From the NCBI GenBank assembly GCA_030390025.1, contig CM059432.1:10788001-10852000 (forward strand): a stretch of DNA of 64,000 bases, given 5' to 3'. How positions within the stretch are numbered: position 1 is the first letter of the stretch; each line of letters opens with the position of its first letter. This document shows, in pieces, positions 12,987 through 25,255 of the stretch. The notes below the pieces were generated by a model that saw nothing but the letters and a program-made list of their open reading frames with translations, had not been told where the DNA came from and ran no database searches. Origin of the DNA: Squalus acanthias (Eukaryota). The translations under genes were made by a program, and so were the position numbers.

Positions 12987-13037
12987 GTTTACGCTGTAAA
13001 CAGTTACATGTGAGGTCTCCTACAGAGCAGACCTCAC
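12987..13037 (-). promoter_or_regulatory. Two 3' UTR stem-loops with a miR-30 8mer site
   Basis: Perfect 9-bp stem GTGAGGTCT/AGACCTCAC (13010-13037), 6-bp stem GTTTAC-AGC-GTAAAC (12987-13001), and TGTTTACA on - at 12995-13002. Confidence 0.55.
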
Positions 13038-13125
13038 TGTCCTTGTAGGGTATTTTTTTTTTTCTGTTTTCCACGGCTGATAAAAATAGTTGCAGAATGT
13101 GGCATCTGTTCTGTGGAGTTAGCAG

Positions 13126-13141
13126 TCAGACAGTCTTTAGC
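13126..13141 (-). CDS. PTPN2: Candidate PTPN2 TC45-type terminal exon (coding part)
   Basis: Acceptor tgtattgtatgtcatag|GCTAAAGACTGTCTGACTGCTAA. Joined to the internal exon-9 donor AAAAG|gtggtt (28454/28453) it gives ...MKRKRLKTV*. Resembles recalled human exon 10 (GCCAAGATTGACAGACACCTAA) and is followed by UTR-like sequence and AATAAA. Confidence 0.7.
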
Positions 13142-13993
13142 CTATGACATACAATACAGAACATATATTCAGTGCAACAGTTCCACTGTATCCATACATT
13201 AATAAGTACTTCACAAGCATTGTCATTAACAACCCAATGGATAATATTCATGGCGGCTGGAGATCAGTTATTGAATTAAAGTTCTTTATGACGTTCTCTC
13301 AGAGATCGCAACCGCTGACTTGCGGAACTTCAGTTTCCAGATCATTTAAAAAGAACTGTTGTGTTAATTGCATAGCATATGCATCTAAATTTGTATGAGG
13401 CTTGGATTTGTTCTCATTTCATGCTAACTTCTCTAATTCAACAATGTGTACAGAGTGAATCAGTCTGACCATGGGGCCTGAGCAAATATCGAACCATTTC
13501 AGGGTTTCCTCTTATTTTGGCTGCAACACTTGTCCAATGTGATGAACACATTGCATCTTAGAATGCACACTTTCTGGATCCTGAAGCATGTTTAAAACAG
13601 TGAGAACGTTTTAATAAAAGAGAAGTAGAACAGTAACCAAGGATTTCAAATCGTTTTTAATACTTTATATAGGAAAACAACCTAAATATGATTGGCATTT
13701 GTACACGGTTACAAAGGAGATTTACTACCTCTGATTATATGCCTTTACAATACAGAACTGGGAGCAAACATTAAACAGTAAATTGGTGTATTAGGAGGTA
13801 AATTTCCAAACAATTACTTTGCTTTACAGTGAAGACAATCTAAAATATTTGCATAAATCTATTTTCTGGTAGTTACCAGTCTTCAAAACATACCAGTAGA
13901 AGATGGGGAAACATTTTTTAATCCCTTAAATAGACTGAGCTGATAATTCATGAGCTGGTTATGCTTTATACCAGAGGCAAGTTACGTACCCGT

Positions 13994-14399
13994 GGGGTAC
14001 GGTCGCATAGTGGTTATGTTCCTGGACTAGTAATCCAGAGGCCTGGACTAATGATCCGGAGACAGGAGTTCATAATCCCACCACAGCAGCTGGGGAATTT
14101 AAATTCAAAATAATTAAATAAATCTGGAATGAAATCAGTAATGGCGGATTGTCGCAAAAACCCATCTGGTTCACTAATGTCCTTTAGGGAAGGAAATCTG
14201 CTGTCCTTACCCGGTCTGGCCTATATGTGACTCCAGACCCACAGCAATGTGGTTGACTCTTAACTGCCCCTCTGAGACGGCCTAGCAAGCCACTCTGTTG
14301 TATTCAAGGCAGCGGCTTCTCAAGGGCAATTAGGGAGGGGCAATAAATGCTGGCCTTGCTGGCGACATCCACATCCCGTGAATGAATAAAAATAAAAAT
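13994..14399 (+). mobile_element. tRNA-headed SINE with RTE-X-like tail (copy 3, near full length)
   Basis: ggggtacggtcgcatagtggtt head, B-box-like ggagttcataatccc, A-rich tail; reverse complement of 1097-1511. Confidence 0.88.
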
Positions 14400-15999
14400 C
14401 CCTCAGATCGCAAGATAGCTGCGGACAAGAATGGCCATTTGGCCTATGCATCCAGAAAGAATAGTCTTCCCCCATCACAGCTTTCAACTGTTTGTTAAAT
14501 GCTTCCGGGACTTTTGCCTGTACTACCCTATCCAGAACCTGTAGACGTTCCACGTGTTCATTACTTTTGTGTGTGAAGGACTACCTGACATCACCTGTAT
14601 GATTTTTTTTTGACACCATACCTACAACATGTAAAACAAATGTGTATTTTTTAATTATTAAAAGGTATTCAAAGGTGCACATGTGGATACATTCAAGTGA
14701 TAGAACTAATGCAATAATCTTTTGTTCTGTGATGCATGACTGAGGACGTAAAGGTTTGTACAGAATTTTATATTGTTCTGCCTTAAATTCAAATATTCTA
14801 ACACTGTGGTATCATTCTTTACCAGGCACAGACACGATGGGCCGAATGGCCTCCTTCTGTGCTGTAAATTTCTATGATTCTATGAAATATGAAAAATTAC
14901 ATTATATATATTTTGTGATGTCATTGCAAAGAATTATTCTCCAAAATGTAATGAAACCCTATATTAGGACCAAGACCACACACAATGAAATTTAGGGTGA
15001 TGCCCTATGCAAATCTGTTAAAATATAGTTTTAAAAGAGTTTTAATTTTCCTACTGTTTCCTCTCAGAGTGGGACTGAAGTTGAAGTGAAACATCATCTT
15101 GTTTTTAAAGCGCTTCTAAGAAGCCTGATTAATTACATGGATTTTTAAAAACCTTAGTTCTATACCCTGGTTTTAATTAGAAATTATTTCCAGGGTGAAA
15201 ACTGGAATCAAATACTATATATTATTAACAATTCTTGCATTTGACACAAACGTCCTGTCCACAGACCTCGCTACTGTGAGTCACACTTTTTGTAATCACA
15301 TTTAACATCGAAACTGCCTATGTCAACATTTATAATGGAAATCCATATGTGAACATTATAATAGCAAAACCCCCTCTCAACAGGTCAACCTTTTGCCATT
15401 GTGTTTGTTGGTGAATCAAACTCAATATTTCTGAAAATATTATCTGCCATTTGTTCCTCTTTCAAAAATTCAAATTATTAACTATTTGCCAATAACATTG
15501 AAGTTATCCATTAAATGTTTTTATATCCTTCAAATTTTTAACTTGAAGGCCTTGGCCGGGACTTGGTATTTGTGCCCGGATCGGTGACTGTCAGCTGAAG
15601 GTGGATCTCCAGTCTGGGCATGAGCAGCATGTACAATTTACCAGCTGTAACATTTAAGCTAGCCAAATGATAAGAGAATGAGAGGGAACTATTACAACAA
15701 AATCTAATTACCTAGGAGGTGAGTGAAAGAGAAAGAGAAAAAGATACTTCGTTAGCTGTAAAGCGCTTTGGGACGTCCTGAAGCCGTGAAAGGCGCTATA
15801 TAAATGCAATTCTTTCTACTGATTTATGATTGCTTTAAAAGCCTTATTCAGGTAAAATGTGTGCAAGTGCATGAGAGAAAACGAGAGAGAGAATGGAAGA
15901 AAGAAACATGGACTACTGATTTGTGATTGCTTTAGTTGCTGTGTGAATTATAAATACACTCTATAGTCTTCAGAAAGCTATTCATCCGAGAGGGATAGA

Positions 16000-16000
<1 letters not shown>

Positions 16001-16048
<48 letters not shown>
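16001..16048. repeat. (AC)24 microsatellite
   Basis: Perfect AC run. Confidence 0.97.
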
Positions 16049-16050
<2 letters not shown>

Positions 16051-17745
16051 ACTAATTTTAACTGATAACACTGATCCCAATTTTAATTCTTACAAAATCA
16101 CAGTTGAACTTTGAAAGCAAACAAAGCCTTTAATGATCTTCTGTGGTTCACCGATGCTTAGAAAATATAAACATTTTAATTACGGACACATGCAAGACGG
16201 GGGCAGGGGGGGCGAAGTAGAGAGACTGACAGAGAGAGGAGAAAAAGACTTGTGTTTACATTGTGCCTTCTACATCATCAGGACTCCTTCAAGTGGTTCA
16301 CTGCTAATGAATTACTTTTTCTGAGTATAGTCTCTTGCCTTTGGTCTGAAAACGCAGCAACCAATTAGCATACAGCAAAGCTCCAAACACAACAATGAGT
16401 GAATGACCAGTTAATCTGCTTGCTGGTTGAGGGATAGATGTGGGACGAAGATTCCCAAGGTATACATACACCGGGGCCTGGAGGTGGCAGAGATGGTCAG
16501 CTCACCGAGCATCACCCCCAGGACCTGGATTCAGTGTCGGACCCGCTTCAGCAACCTGACAAGAGCAGCAAGGATGAGTGCAGCTCTTTATTTCTCCATT
16601 TCTCTCAATAACACCTGGCAGCAGTCCTCCCCTGCATTACATCCTTCACCACCAATGACAAGGGCACACGATACCATCACATTCTCATTCCAATCACACA
16701 CATCTTGCTTGCTCCCTTCATAGCAACCACCAAACGGCATTCTGTTCTCGCATGGTAGCAATTGCAAAACAATTAACTCCTCTCACGGGTCCTTCCTCAC
16801 TTCACACCCCAGCCACTTGCTTTCCATTCAACACCTCCCCATCCTGCTTCTTCTCCCTCTCAGCAGATGCGCTACATGCAGAAGCTCCACACGTGTACTT
16901 TCCTTTTCAGTAGCCGCTCATTAACTCTCGCCCTCTCTTTCTGCAGGACAAAACAGCGCACGACACAAAAGCAGGGGAGTAAGACTGGGAGAGCACCAAG
17001 CAGCAACATGGCCCTTATCTAATGGAGCAGGAATCTCTGAAACCCAGTGGCTCTTCAAGAGCGATGTGCATTGGAGATGACAAGGCTGGTGGCTTATCTG
17101 ATCAGGGTCTCTGCCTATTACTTGTACCACTTTATCTACCTCAAAAAAAAATCACATTCAGCCAGCACGACAACTTCAGGCTGCATTGTGAAGCCTGTTA
17201 CCTGCTACTGTCCAGCCATGCTAACTCTTGTCCCTTTTCTCTATATCCTCCTGAAGATGCACTGTCGTGTGCTTCATTCCTCCCAAGTACTAGCATAGAG
17301 ACTGGCACCCCAGGTGGGTTAGACAGTCAGTTAGAGGAGTCTGCACTGGAGAGCAGGAGTGGGTTACGGTGGCAGAGACAGCCCAGGACATGGCTGGCCG
17401 GAGGGCGAGGTCATCGCCCAGCTCTGCTGAGCGGGTCAGAGATGCTGACTTCAGGGGTCCAGCCTTGGCAAGACAATGGTTTGCATCATGCAAGTAATTC
17501 TATGTGGTATTGGGAGGGCCTACCATGGCATTTCTGCACCATAGCTGAATTTACGGAGTAGTCCACTTGCAGCTTGTATGTCATCCTGTCACAAGGCACT
17601 CCACAGTCTACTTTGGACTTCGTGGCCACCTCCAGGGATGCTGCAGCCGGGCCCTCACACCAGGAGTCTGTTACAAGCCTTTGCAGGCTTTGATGGGAGC
17701 TGAAACGATTGTCATCCAGACTCGGGGCTCTAATGTGTGTGCCAC

Positions 17746-17958
17746 TTGTGAAGCAAAATCAAACAAAAAAAAGAGTCTAGAAAATACAATTACTATTACT
17801 TTCAGTAGGGAACAGACACGCTCTGTTATCTTCTGCTACCAGTACATACGGCACAGCTCGATTGCAGCAAGTTCATGAATATTACAGCATTCTAAAATTT
17901 GAAATGAAACTAAAGCACTGTTCTCACTGAACGCAAACAGAAGCCGCACCTCATTTCA
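17746..17958 (+). repeat. Local ~213-bp direct duplication, copy 1
   Basis: Near-identical to 19538-19750. Confidence 0.95.
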
Positions 17959-18253
17959 GACACAGGTCGGGGCTTTCAAGGCATCACTCATCTCCTAGTC
18001 TGCTCTCCCTCAGTTCAGTGGCAGTAATGAGCGGCAGCCCCCATGGGACTGGCAGTGTGGCGGCACGCGTTGCCTTCTCTCCAGATGTCAGCACGTCCGC
18101 TCCCTCAGCAGCACCACCCCTGCCATAGTGCCAGAAAGCCAGTTGGACCGGACAGCCCCAGTAACAGCAGAAGAGCTACAGTCTGCAGCCGGGCCCTTAA
18201 TGGCTCGAGCTCGTGGAAGTCACTGGCCACGAGCAGCTCAAGGGTCCCGACAT

Positions 18254-18570
18254 GGCATCACGGTGGCATAGCGGTTAGCATTGTTACCTCACAGCGCCAG
18301 GGACCCGGGTTCAAATCCGGCTTCGGGTGACTGTCTGTGTGGAGTTTGCACATTCTCCCCGTGTCTGCGTGGGTTTCCTCCGGGTGCTCCGGTTTCCTCC
18401 CACAGTCCAAAGATGTGCGGGTTAGGTTGATTTGGCTATGATAAATTGACCCTTAGTGTTAGGGGGATTAAATACGTGGGGTTACGGGGATAGGGTGGGA
18501 TATGTGTCGGTGCAGGCTCGATGGGCCGAAATGGCCTCTATCTGCACTGTGGGGATTCCGATTCTGTGAT
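18254..18570 (+). mobile_element. HE1-like V-SINE
   Basis: tRNA head (tggcatagcggttagc; gggttcaaatcc), V-domain core gtgtggagtttgcacattctccccgtgtctgcgtgggtttcctccggg, and CR1-like tail. Confidence 0.9.
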
Positions 18571-19537
18571 GAGCAACAGCAACCTTCCACCAGCTTTGCT
18601 GATGCCACAGGGAGAGAATCTCGTGGGAGTAGTCAAGTTAGAAAACCTTCAGAAAGGCACTATGGGTTGACACTGGAGTGAGAAATAAATTCAAGGCAAT
18701 TATTGTGTTTGGCATTGATCCCCTTTGGCACTTTGGTCTGCAATGTCTTTTCATAGCAACTTCTGAATCTGCATCGTCAGCAGGTCATTCATATAAAAGT
18801 TGGCTGAATGGTTTCAATGTTCTTTAATGCAGGATTAAGGGAATGGTGAAGGATGCAACAGGGACTGTTAATGTAGAGGGTCTTGTGTGTAAATTTTCAG
18901 GGGAGGGGAATGAGGTCACCGGAAGCGTCGGGCCAACAACTGATCCCTGGGATCTCTGGCTGCAATGCGCTGTGCTGGCCTCCTTCTTCTACACCCAAGC
19001 CTTCCTCGTCAGATGATGGCAACAGATGCAATCTCTGGATTGCCAGGTTGTGCAACACGCAGCATACTACAATGATGCGGAAGACTTTCTCTGGGGGGTA
19101 TTGTAGGGAGGCCCCAGACTACCCAGGAACCTGAATCTTTGCTTCAACTGCCCTATAGTGTGCTCAATGATGTTGCTGGTGGTCCCACGGCTCTGGTTGT
19201 ACCCGAGATAACTGAGCATTGCAGTGTTGTTAAAGTTTCACATCATAAATCAATTTGATAAAGTTGCAATACTTTTTCTTTTTTTTTAAACGAGCCTCTA
19301 AGCAGAGCTCAATATGCTGTTACCACCCATCTATATTACTCAGAACTGCCATGCGTGTTATACAGTTCATGAGATCTCAGTACTATTGGTACAGTTTAAG
19401 GAGTCATCACTCATAGTTAAGGAGTCATAACTTCTTTCAGGCCAGTCTGTCTCCCACCAGCTGACCAGTGCAGCTGTTTAAAGGATAAAGTAAATGTGTT
19501 GGCTTCGTCTCATGTTTGGATGCTGATGTGAGATAAG

Positions 19538-19750
19538 TTGTGAAGCAAAAACAAACAAAAAAGAGAGTCTAGAAAATACAATTACTATTACTTTCAGTAG
19601 GGAACAGACACACTCTGTTATCTTCTGCTACCAGTACATACAGCACAGCTCGATTGCAGCAAGTTCATGAATATTACAGCATTCTAAAATTTGAAATGAA
19701 ACTAAAGCACTGTTCTCACTGAATGCAAACAGAAGCTGCACCTCATTTCA
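19538..19750 (+). repeat. Local ~213-bp direct duplication, copy 2
   Basis: Near-identical to 17746-17958. Confidence 0.95.
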
Positions 19751-20454
19751 AACTTAATAAGTTTCTCCTGCACCTTCAGAATCCAAATTTAAAGTAGAAT
19801 GCAGAAATGTAAATTTAAGGGGGTTCCGTGAACTCTTAATGTCAAAAGCTTTGAAATGCATGGCACAAATACTTGAAGGAAGTTACAATTAGCAACTTTA
19901 TTTCTGGCTGCCATAACTTTCGCAGGTGGGATGGTTAAAGTCTGTACAGGCCAGTGATCACGAAACCACATTCTGGCTTTTACAAGTGGATAGTGCCGAT
20001 ATAGTAGAATCAACCAACAGAATCTCTTCAGGTGACTCTTGACACCTCCAGAGATAGCAGCGCTGCCACTTAAAATCTGGGCTGCCATCAGCAAAGATGC
20101 AATTTTCACACAACTCTCGCTACAAAGTGTTAGACTTACCGTGAATACGTATATGTAACATGTGCATTATTACACTATATTAACAATGACTTAACAGGAA
20201 ATAAATGAGTGCAATATTTCCAAATGAGAGAAACTGGAAAAATTGACAATTAACATGACTAATAAGATGAAATAAAACACTAAGAAATACATCAGCATTG
20301 CCACAGAAACCAGATGCCAAAACTAGGGTTACATTCACTGAAAACTGAAAAGGGTAAAGAAAGAAAGTAAGTTAAAAAATAAAATATTTATGACATTATA
20401 AATGAATTATTAACCCAGTTAACTTGTTACTTATTTCTGAGGCTCTTCCTGAGA

Positions 20455-21230
20455 GGGGAAATCTCCTGTTTTTACGCTCAGAGCCAGCACCTGTTGGTCA
20501 AACGCACTGAATCTGCTCCTCAAACACATTGGGTCAGACTTTGCTGTGAGCAGCTAACGGCTTGCACTTGCCCACAGACTTTCTATGTGGTTTTTCACGA
20601 CAAGTTGCAATCAGCGGGACATCCAAACAGCCCAGTGCCCTCTCTACAGGGCAAGCAAACTGTGCATCTCCTTAACCAATCAGATTGAAGAATTGTTAAT
20701 GAGCAGCGCAGCGTCTAAACCAGGAAGTGCAAGTTAGAATCGTGAATTCAATGTCAACTCAGGTACAGAAAGCAAAATAAAGAGAGGGCAAGAAAGATTG
20801 GATTAAGAGAAAGAGATATGAGAACGAAAGAAAAAGTTTAAAAAAAATCTTCGACAATAATTAAAAGTTGAAGGAATGACGCTCCACACTTGTAAAAGTT
20901 AATATTCAGTGCTCGAGAGGTTGTTTGGCAGTAATTAAAACTTATCACACCATTAAAAGGGTACTTAGACTGGAATGGACAAGCCCTAACTTTCTGTGGC
21001 AAGTTTAGTCCGTATCTACCATCCAAGTACAGGAACTTCACACCGTTCAATACATTTGAATGGGGAGCCAGGTGGTGAGATGCCGTTTTCGCAGAGCTTA
21101 CGGAGGAGTGACGCATCTCGGACGGCAACCTCCAGATTTTCGCGTCTAACTGCAAAGTTGTTGTCCGCTTTGTGCATAAATAACGGTGAGCGCGGTTAGC
21201 TGTAATAGGGCAATATACCATAATCACCGC
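20455..21230. mobile_element. Probable non-autonomous interspersed repeat, family unassigned
   Basis: CpG-rich, non-coding block distinct from its AT-rich flanks; no TIR or TSD established. Confidence 0.35.
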
Positions 21231-21522
21231 TTCAATTACATGTTCCTTACCTTCAAATTAAAATGTTCAAGATGCACAGTGTCTGTGATAGGCTTTCAAG
21301 CCACAATACTACACACTAGCCTGCAAAATGGTTTGAAGTATGCGGTATCTAGATTACCACCTTTACAAATCACAACCTAAAGTATTCTAGGCAAGATTAA
21401 TGAGAACTATTTGTAAGTATATTACACTGTGGCGTAACGCTGAACAAATCATTAATATTTCAACACAGAAAATGTTGCCCCAACTCTTTTAGAAAGAATT
21501 GAAGAGCACACCTTGACTGAAA

Positions 21523-21950
21523 CACGGTGGAATAGTGGTTAGCACTGGTGCCTCACAGCGCCAGGGACCCGGGTTCGAATCTGACCTCGGGTGACTGTCT
21601 GTGTGGAGTTTGCACATTCTCCCCGTGTCTGCGTGGGTTTCCTCCGGGTGCTCCGGTTTCCTCCCACAGTCCAAAAATGTGCGGATTAGGTTGATTTGGC
21701 TATGATAAATTGACCCTTAGTGTTAGGGGGGGATTAAATATGTGGGGTTATGGGGATAAGATGGGATATGTTAGGGGGAATTAAATACGTGGGGTTACGG
21801 GGGTAGGGTGGGATATGTGTACTGTGGGGATTAAAGCAGGGACAGGGTACTGGATTTGGATGATCAGCCATGATCGTATTGAATGGTGGAGCAGGCTCGA
21901 CGGGCCGAATGGCCTACTCCTGCTCCTAGATTCTATGTTTCTATGTTTCA
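21523..21950 (+). mobile_element. HE1-like V-SINE with an internal duplication and a CR1 3' end
   Basis: Same head and core as 18254; ~47-bp tandem duplication at ~21722-21820; the tail from ~21835 matches the CR1 3' UTR at 40578-40686. Confidence 0.88.
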
Positions 21951-24029
21951 TTTTTTTGTTAGAAAAGGTTTAATATGATCTAACTTCATTCAACAAAGTA
22001 AGAGTATGGGTCACAATTCCGCAAGGAGTACACTATTTGCAGGGGTGCATTAAAAAAGGTACCTTTCCCTCTTTCCAATGGCTTGGACAATAAATTGAAC
22101 ATTATTTAAGAGTTTATGCCGCTGCATACATCTGCTACAATTACAAAAAAATGCTCAAATCAGTAGCAATTATTTTAATGCTTTTTCAAATATCCCTTAT
22201 AAAAGCGTACTGATCATCTAGTATTTGTAGATGTGCAAACTATTAAGTGCTCAGAAGATCAACTTAAGTGTCTAAGTGAGGTTTAGTACAAAAATATTAA
22301 CGGGATACACAGAAATATTAGAGACCCCTATTCTGCATGTGTGTGTTAAAATTCGTCAACTACTTTTCATGACACCGATTATAGATGTGCACCAATTCTG
22401 TTCGGCCTTTGTTGTCAGAAACGGCAATGTTCAGGTTCAATACTGCAGTTGTTATTCACAAGCCTTTAAGGTGAGCTGAGAGATCACTAAACGGAGTGCA
22501 AAAGCAGGGAGGATTGCATGGATTAATATGGGGCACAACTTGCAGAAGTAAAACAACTAGAGGCACCGCATGCCAACATGAGCTGGACATTGACGAGCAA
22601 TAGTGAGCTGTGTGCTGCACTGGTACCAATGATCTCTAGATTGGGGATATCATGCCAAATAGGATATAAATCAACAATAGAAGAAATTAAGGGATGGAAA
22701 AAGTGCATACTGATGTCTAGTTCGATAAAAATACATTAAAAAAAAATATTCCGCTAATTCTTTTCTGCGCTCATCTGAAGGTATTGACTTTTAGCTGGGT
22801 ACGATTCAAAGGTCATCCGTCCTTGGTACCAAGTGGCCATTTTTTTTTTTTTAAATGTGGGAGCCTCAACAGTGTAATATATATATTTTTAAAATCAGAA
22901 TGCATCGTAATTACTGACTGACAAAATTGCAATGTGCAGAAATCATGCATTCCTACTCCTCGTTTTTTTTCCTCCTTTTTTGGGCCCCCGAGTATTGGAT
23001 TAATTTAGGAGGGCCATGACAGTAGAGTGCTCGCTAAACGAGAAGGTTTGAAATTACACATTAGGACATATCTATGCAGTATTTTGGCACTAAATCACAT
23101 TTTAAAGGCGCTTACGTTGATCTTCGGTACTCTTATTTGCTTGCAAATCTACCAGTAATCACCACTATACTCGCATATTTCAACCACTGTGCAAAAATAC
23201 AACCATGCTCTTTAAAGGGTTAAGTTTGATGTGTATTTTAAATGTGCATTTAGTTTTCCTTTTGCAAATTCACAAGATTAGAAGTTCAGCCCATGTTAGC
23301 TCATCAATCTCGAGAAATCCTACAGTTCCCCCATGACGGCATCCATGTTTTTTTTAAATGACCCCAGCTCTTCCCTCCACTGCCCTACAATGAATCACAT
23401 TCAAGTGTTAATCACTCATTATGAAGGAGAAGTTCCTGGCATCAGTCCTAATTTCCCTTGCACCAGTTTGAACCTCTGCGTCTTTACATTACTTCCATGG
23501 CATACTATGAAGTCGTGTTCCATTTTCTCCCCGATACATGTCTGTAAGTTCCCCCCACCGTTACTTTCTTTTATAGCTGAAAAGTCAACGTTTCCCCAAT
23601 TTTTCTTTATAAGTTAACTCTCGGACACTAGCGGTCAGCCTCATAGTTCTTCCCTGTAAAGCCACCAGGTCCTGGTTTCCCTAAAGCAGGCACCAGTGCT
23701 TGAAGTTCAGGGTGTGGAACCACTAGACATTAGGAATAGCAGGCAACAAAATCTATGGGCATGTTGGGGAAATAAATGGTGTCATTTCACATCAAATACA
23801 TCTTACATAGTTTGAAATTTTAAGTTGAAGGTGATTTGTAAAATCCTTACAGAAGAAACCCTCTGGCCTAGATTTTCCAATCGCACCTACCTAGAGCTGG
23901 CAGTAACGGCCAGTGGTTAAACAAGAACGACTGAAAATTCAAGGCTCCGGAGTCTCTGAGTCCAGTGTGGAGAGCGAAAGGAGTGAGTTTGTGTTGGATA
24001 TTAGCCACTGGTTCAGTCCAGTCATATAT

Positions 24030-24340
24030 TCACCATTAGAAGTCTGCTACTAAATACACTGGCCTCACTGGCCTGGCTAGTGCTCATTTCAAGAGGACAG
24101 AACAAATATTTCATGGCGTGTTCTTAACAGCTAAATCCTCCACCAGGATTTCTGTTCCGATCACTCTGAAACAGTTCCCACTGTAAAGTGGACATATACG
24201 GGTGCTGGGTGAGGACAGAATCAGGCTTGGATGCAATCCATCATTGAACAGCCTGCTAACATTTGATGTGTGGCCTCACCGTACTGAGTTATGGCTTGTC
24301 AAAATGCATCTCAGCACAAGTCAGAGGTTTCGGGAGAAAT
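24030..24340 (+). mobile_element. LF-SINE-like relic
   Basis: tggcctcactggcctggctag...gggtgaggacagaatcaggcttggatgc, homologous to 6680-6960. Confidence 0.55.
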
Positions 24341-24899
24341 TGTTGGTGTGGAGGGAAATGAGAAAGAGTTAAAGCAAGCTGTAGCAAAACACTGAAGCTT
24401 TGGTAAAGCATTACGATTTCAACACCTCTTTCCTTCTGTCTACCTTCCATTCAATGTAATTTAATTTAATTTAATGGGGCTGCAACAAAGATTTGTTGTG
24501 TCAAACCTCAAATCAGCTAAAATGGGCCAGATGCTTAGAAAGCGGATTTCAAGAATCACCACCTGCCTCATTTCCCTTCCCCAATCACGATCTCATCTTT
24601 CCCTCTCCCCTCCAGATTATGAGCAATTATCCAAAGATTTTACCCTTCGATGTACAAAATGGCCAAAGCTTCCCTAAAGGGTGCGTCATTTCATCTTCCC
24701 ATCAGATGGCTGAAGTTTTAAAGGAAAACTGTCTGAATACACAAACTTGTATCTTTGACAGCAACCTAATCATATTGCTACAATAATACCACTAAAACTT
24801 CAGCTATTTTTCCTAGAAGTGTAATTACTTTGGTTCCATTTGGAAAAAATGCACTACGATTTCCCTCATTTTCGATACAGTATTACAATAGGGAAAGTT

Positions 24900-25255
24900 T
24901 TTTTTTTAATTCATTCATGGGATGTGGGTGTCACAAGCAAAGCCAGCATTATTGTCTATCCCTAATTGCCCTCGAGAAGGTGGTGGTGAGCCGCTTTCTT
25001 GAATACAACTGGGTGGCTTGCTAGGCCATTTCAGAGGGCAGTTAAGAGTCAACCACATTGCTGTGGGTCTGGAGTCACATATAGGCCAGACCGGGTAAGG
25101 ACAGCAGATTACCTTCCCTAAAGGGCCTTGGTGAGCCAGATATGTTTTTACGACAATCCGGTAGTTTCGTGGTCACCATTACGGATACTCGCTTTTTTAT
25201 TCCAGATTTATTTAATTAACTGAATTTAAATTCCCCAGCTGCCGTGATGGGATTG
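24900..25255 (-). mobile_element. tRNA-headed SINE (copy 4, 5' truncated)
   Basis: Near-identical to 1097-1460. Confidence 0.88.

Larger units (their letters stand above)
16450..19230. mobile_element. Two-gene PIF/Harbinger relic: Myb/SANT-like gene (+) convergent with transposase (-)
   Basis: On +, LEVAEMVSSPSITPRTWIQCRTRFSNLTRAAR (Myb/trihelix, ~16480-16573). On -, YNQSRGTTSNIIEHTIGQLKQRFRFL...LQYPPEKVFRIIVVCCVLHNLAIQR (~19030-19205). Confidence 0.8.

Noticed and set aside
17022..17561. 179-aa ORF
   Set aside because: Lies within the decayed Harbinger Myb-gene region; no independent gene features.
18254..18330. tRNA gene-like A and B boxes (also at 13994, 21523 and 33855)
   Set aside because: These are SINE heads continuing into SINE cores, not tRNA genes.
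19789..20109. 106-aa minus-strand ORF with a signal-peptide-like start
   Set aside because: No recognisable homology, non-ATG start and no supporting exon structure.
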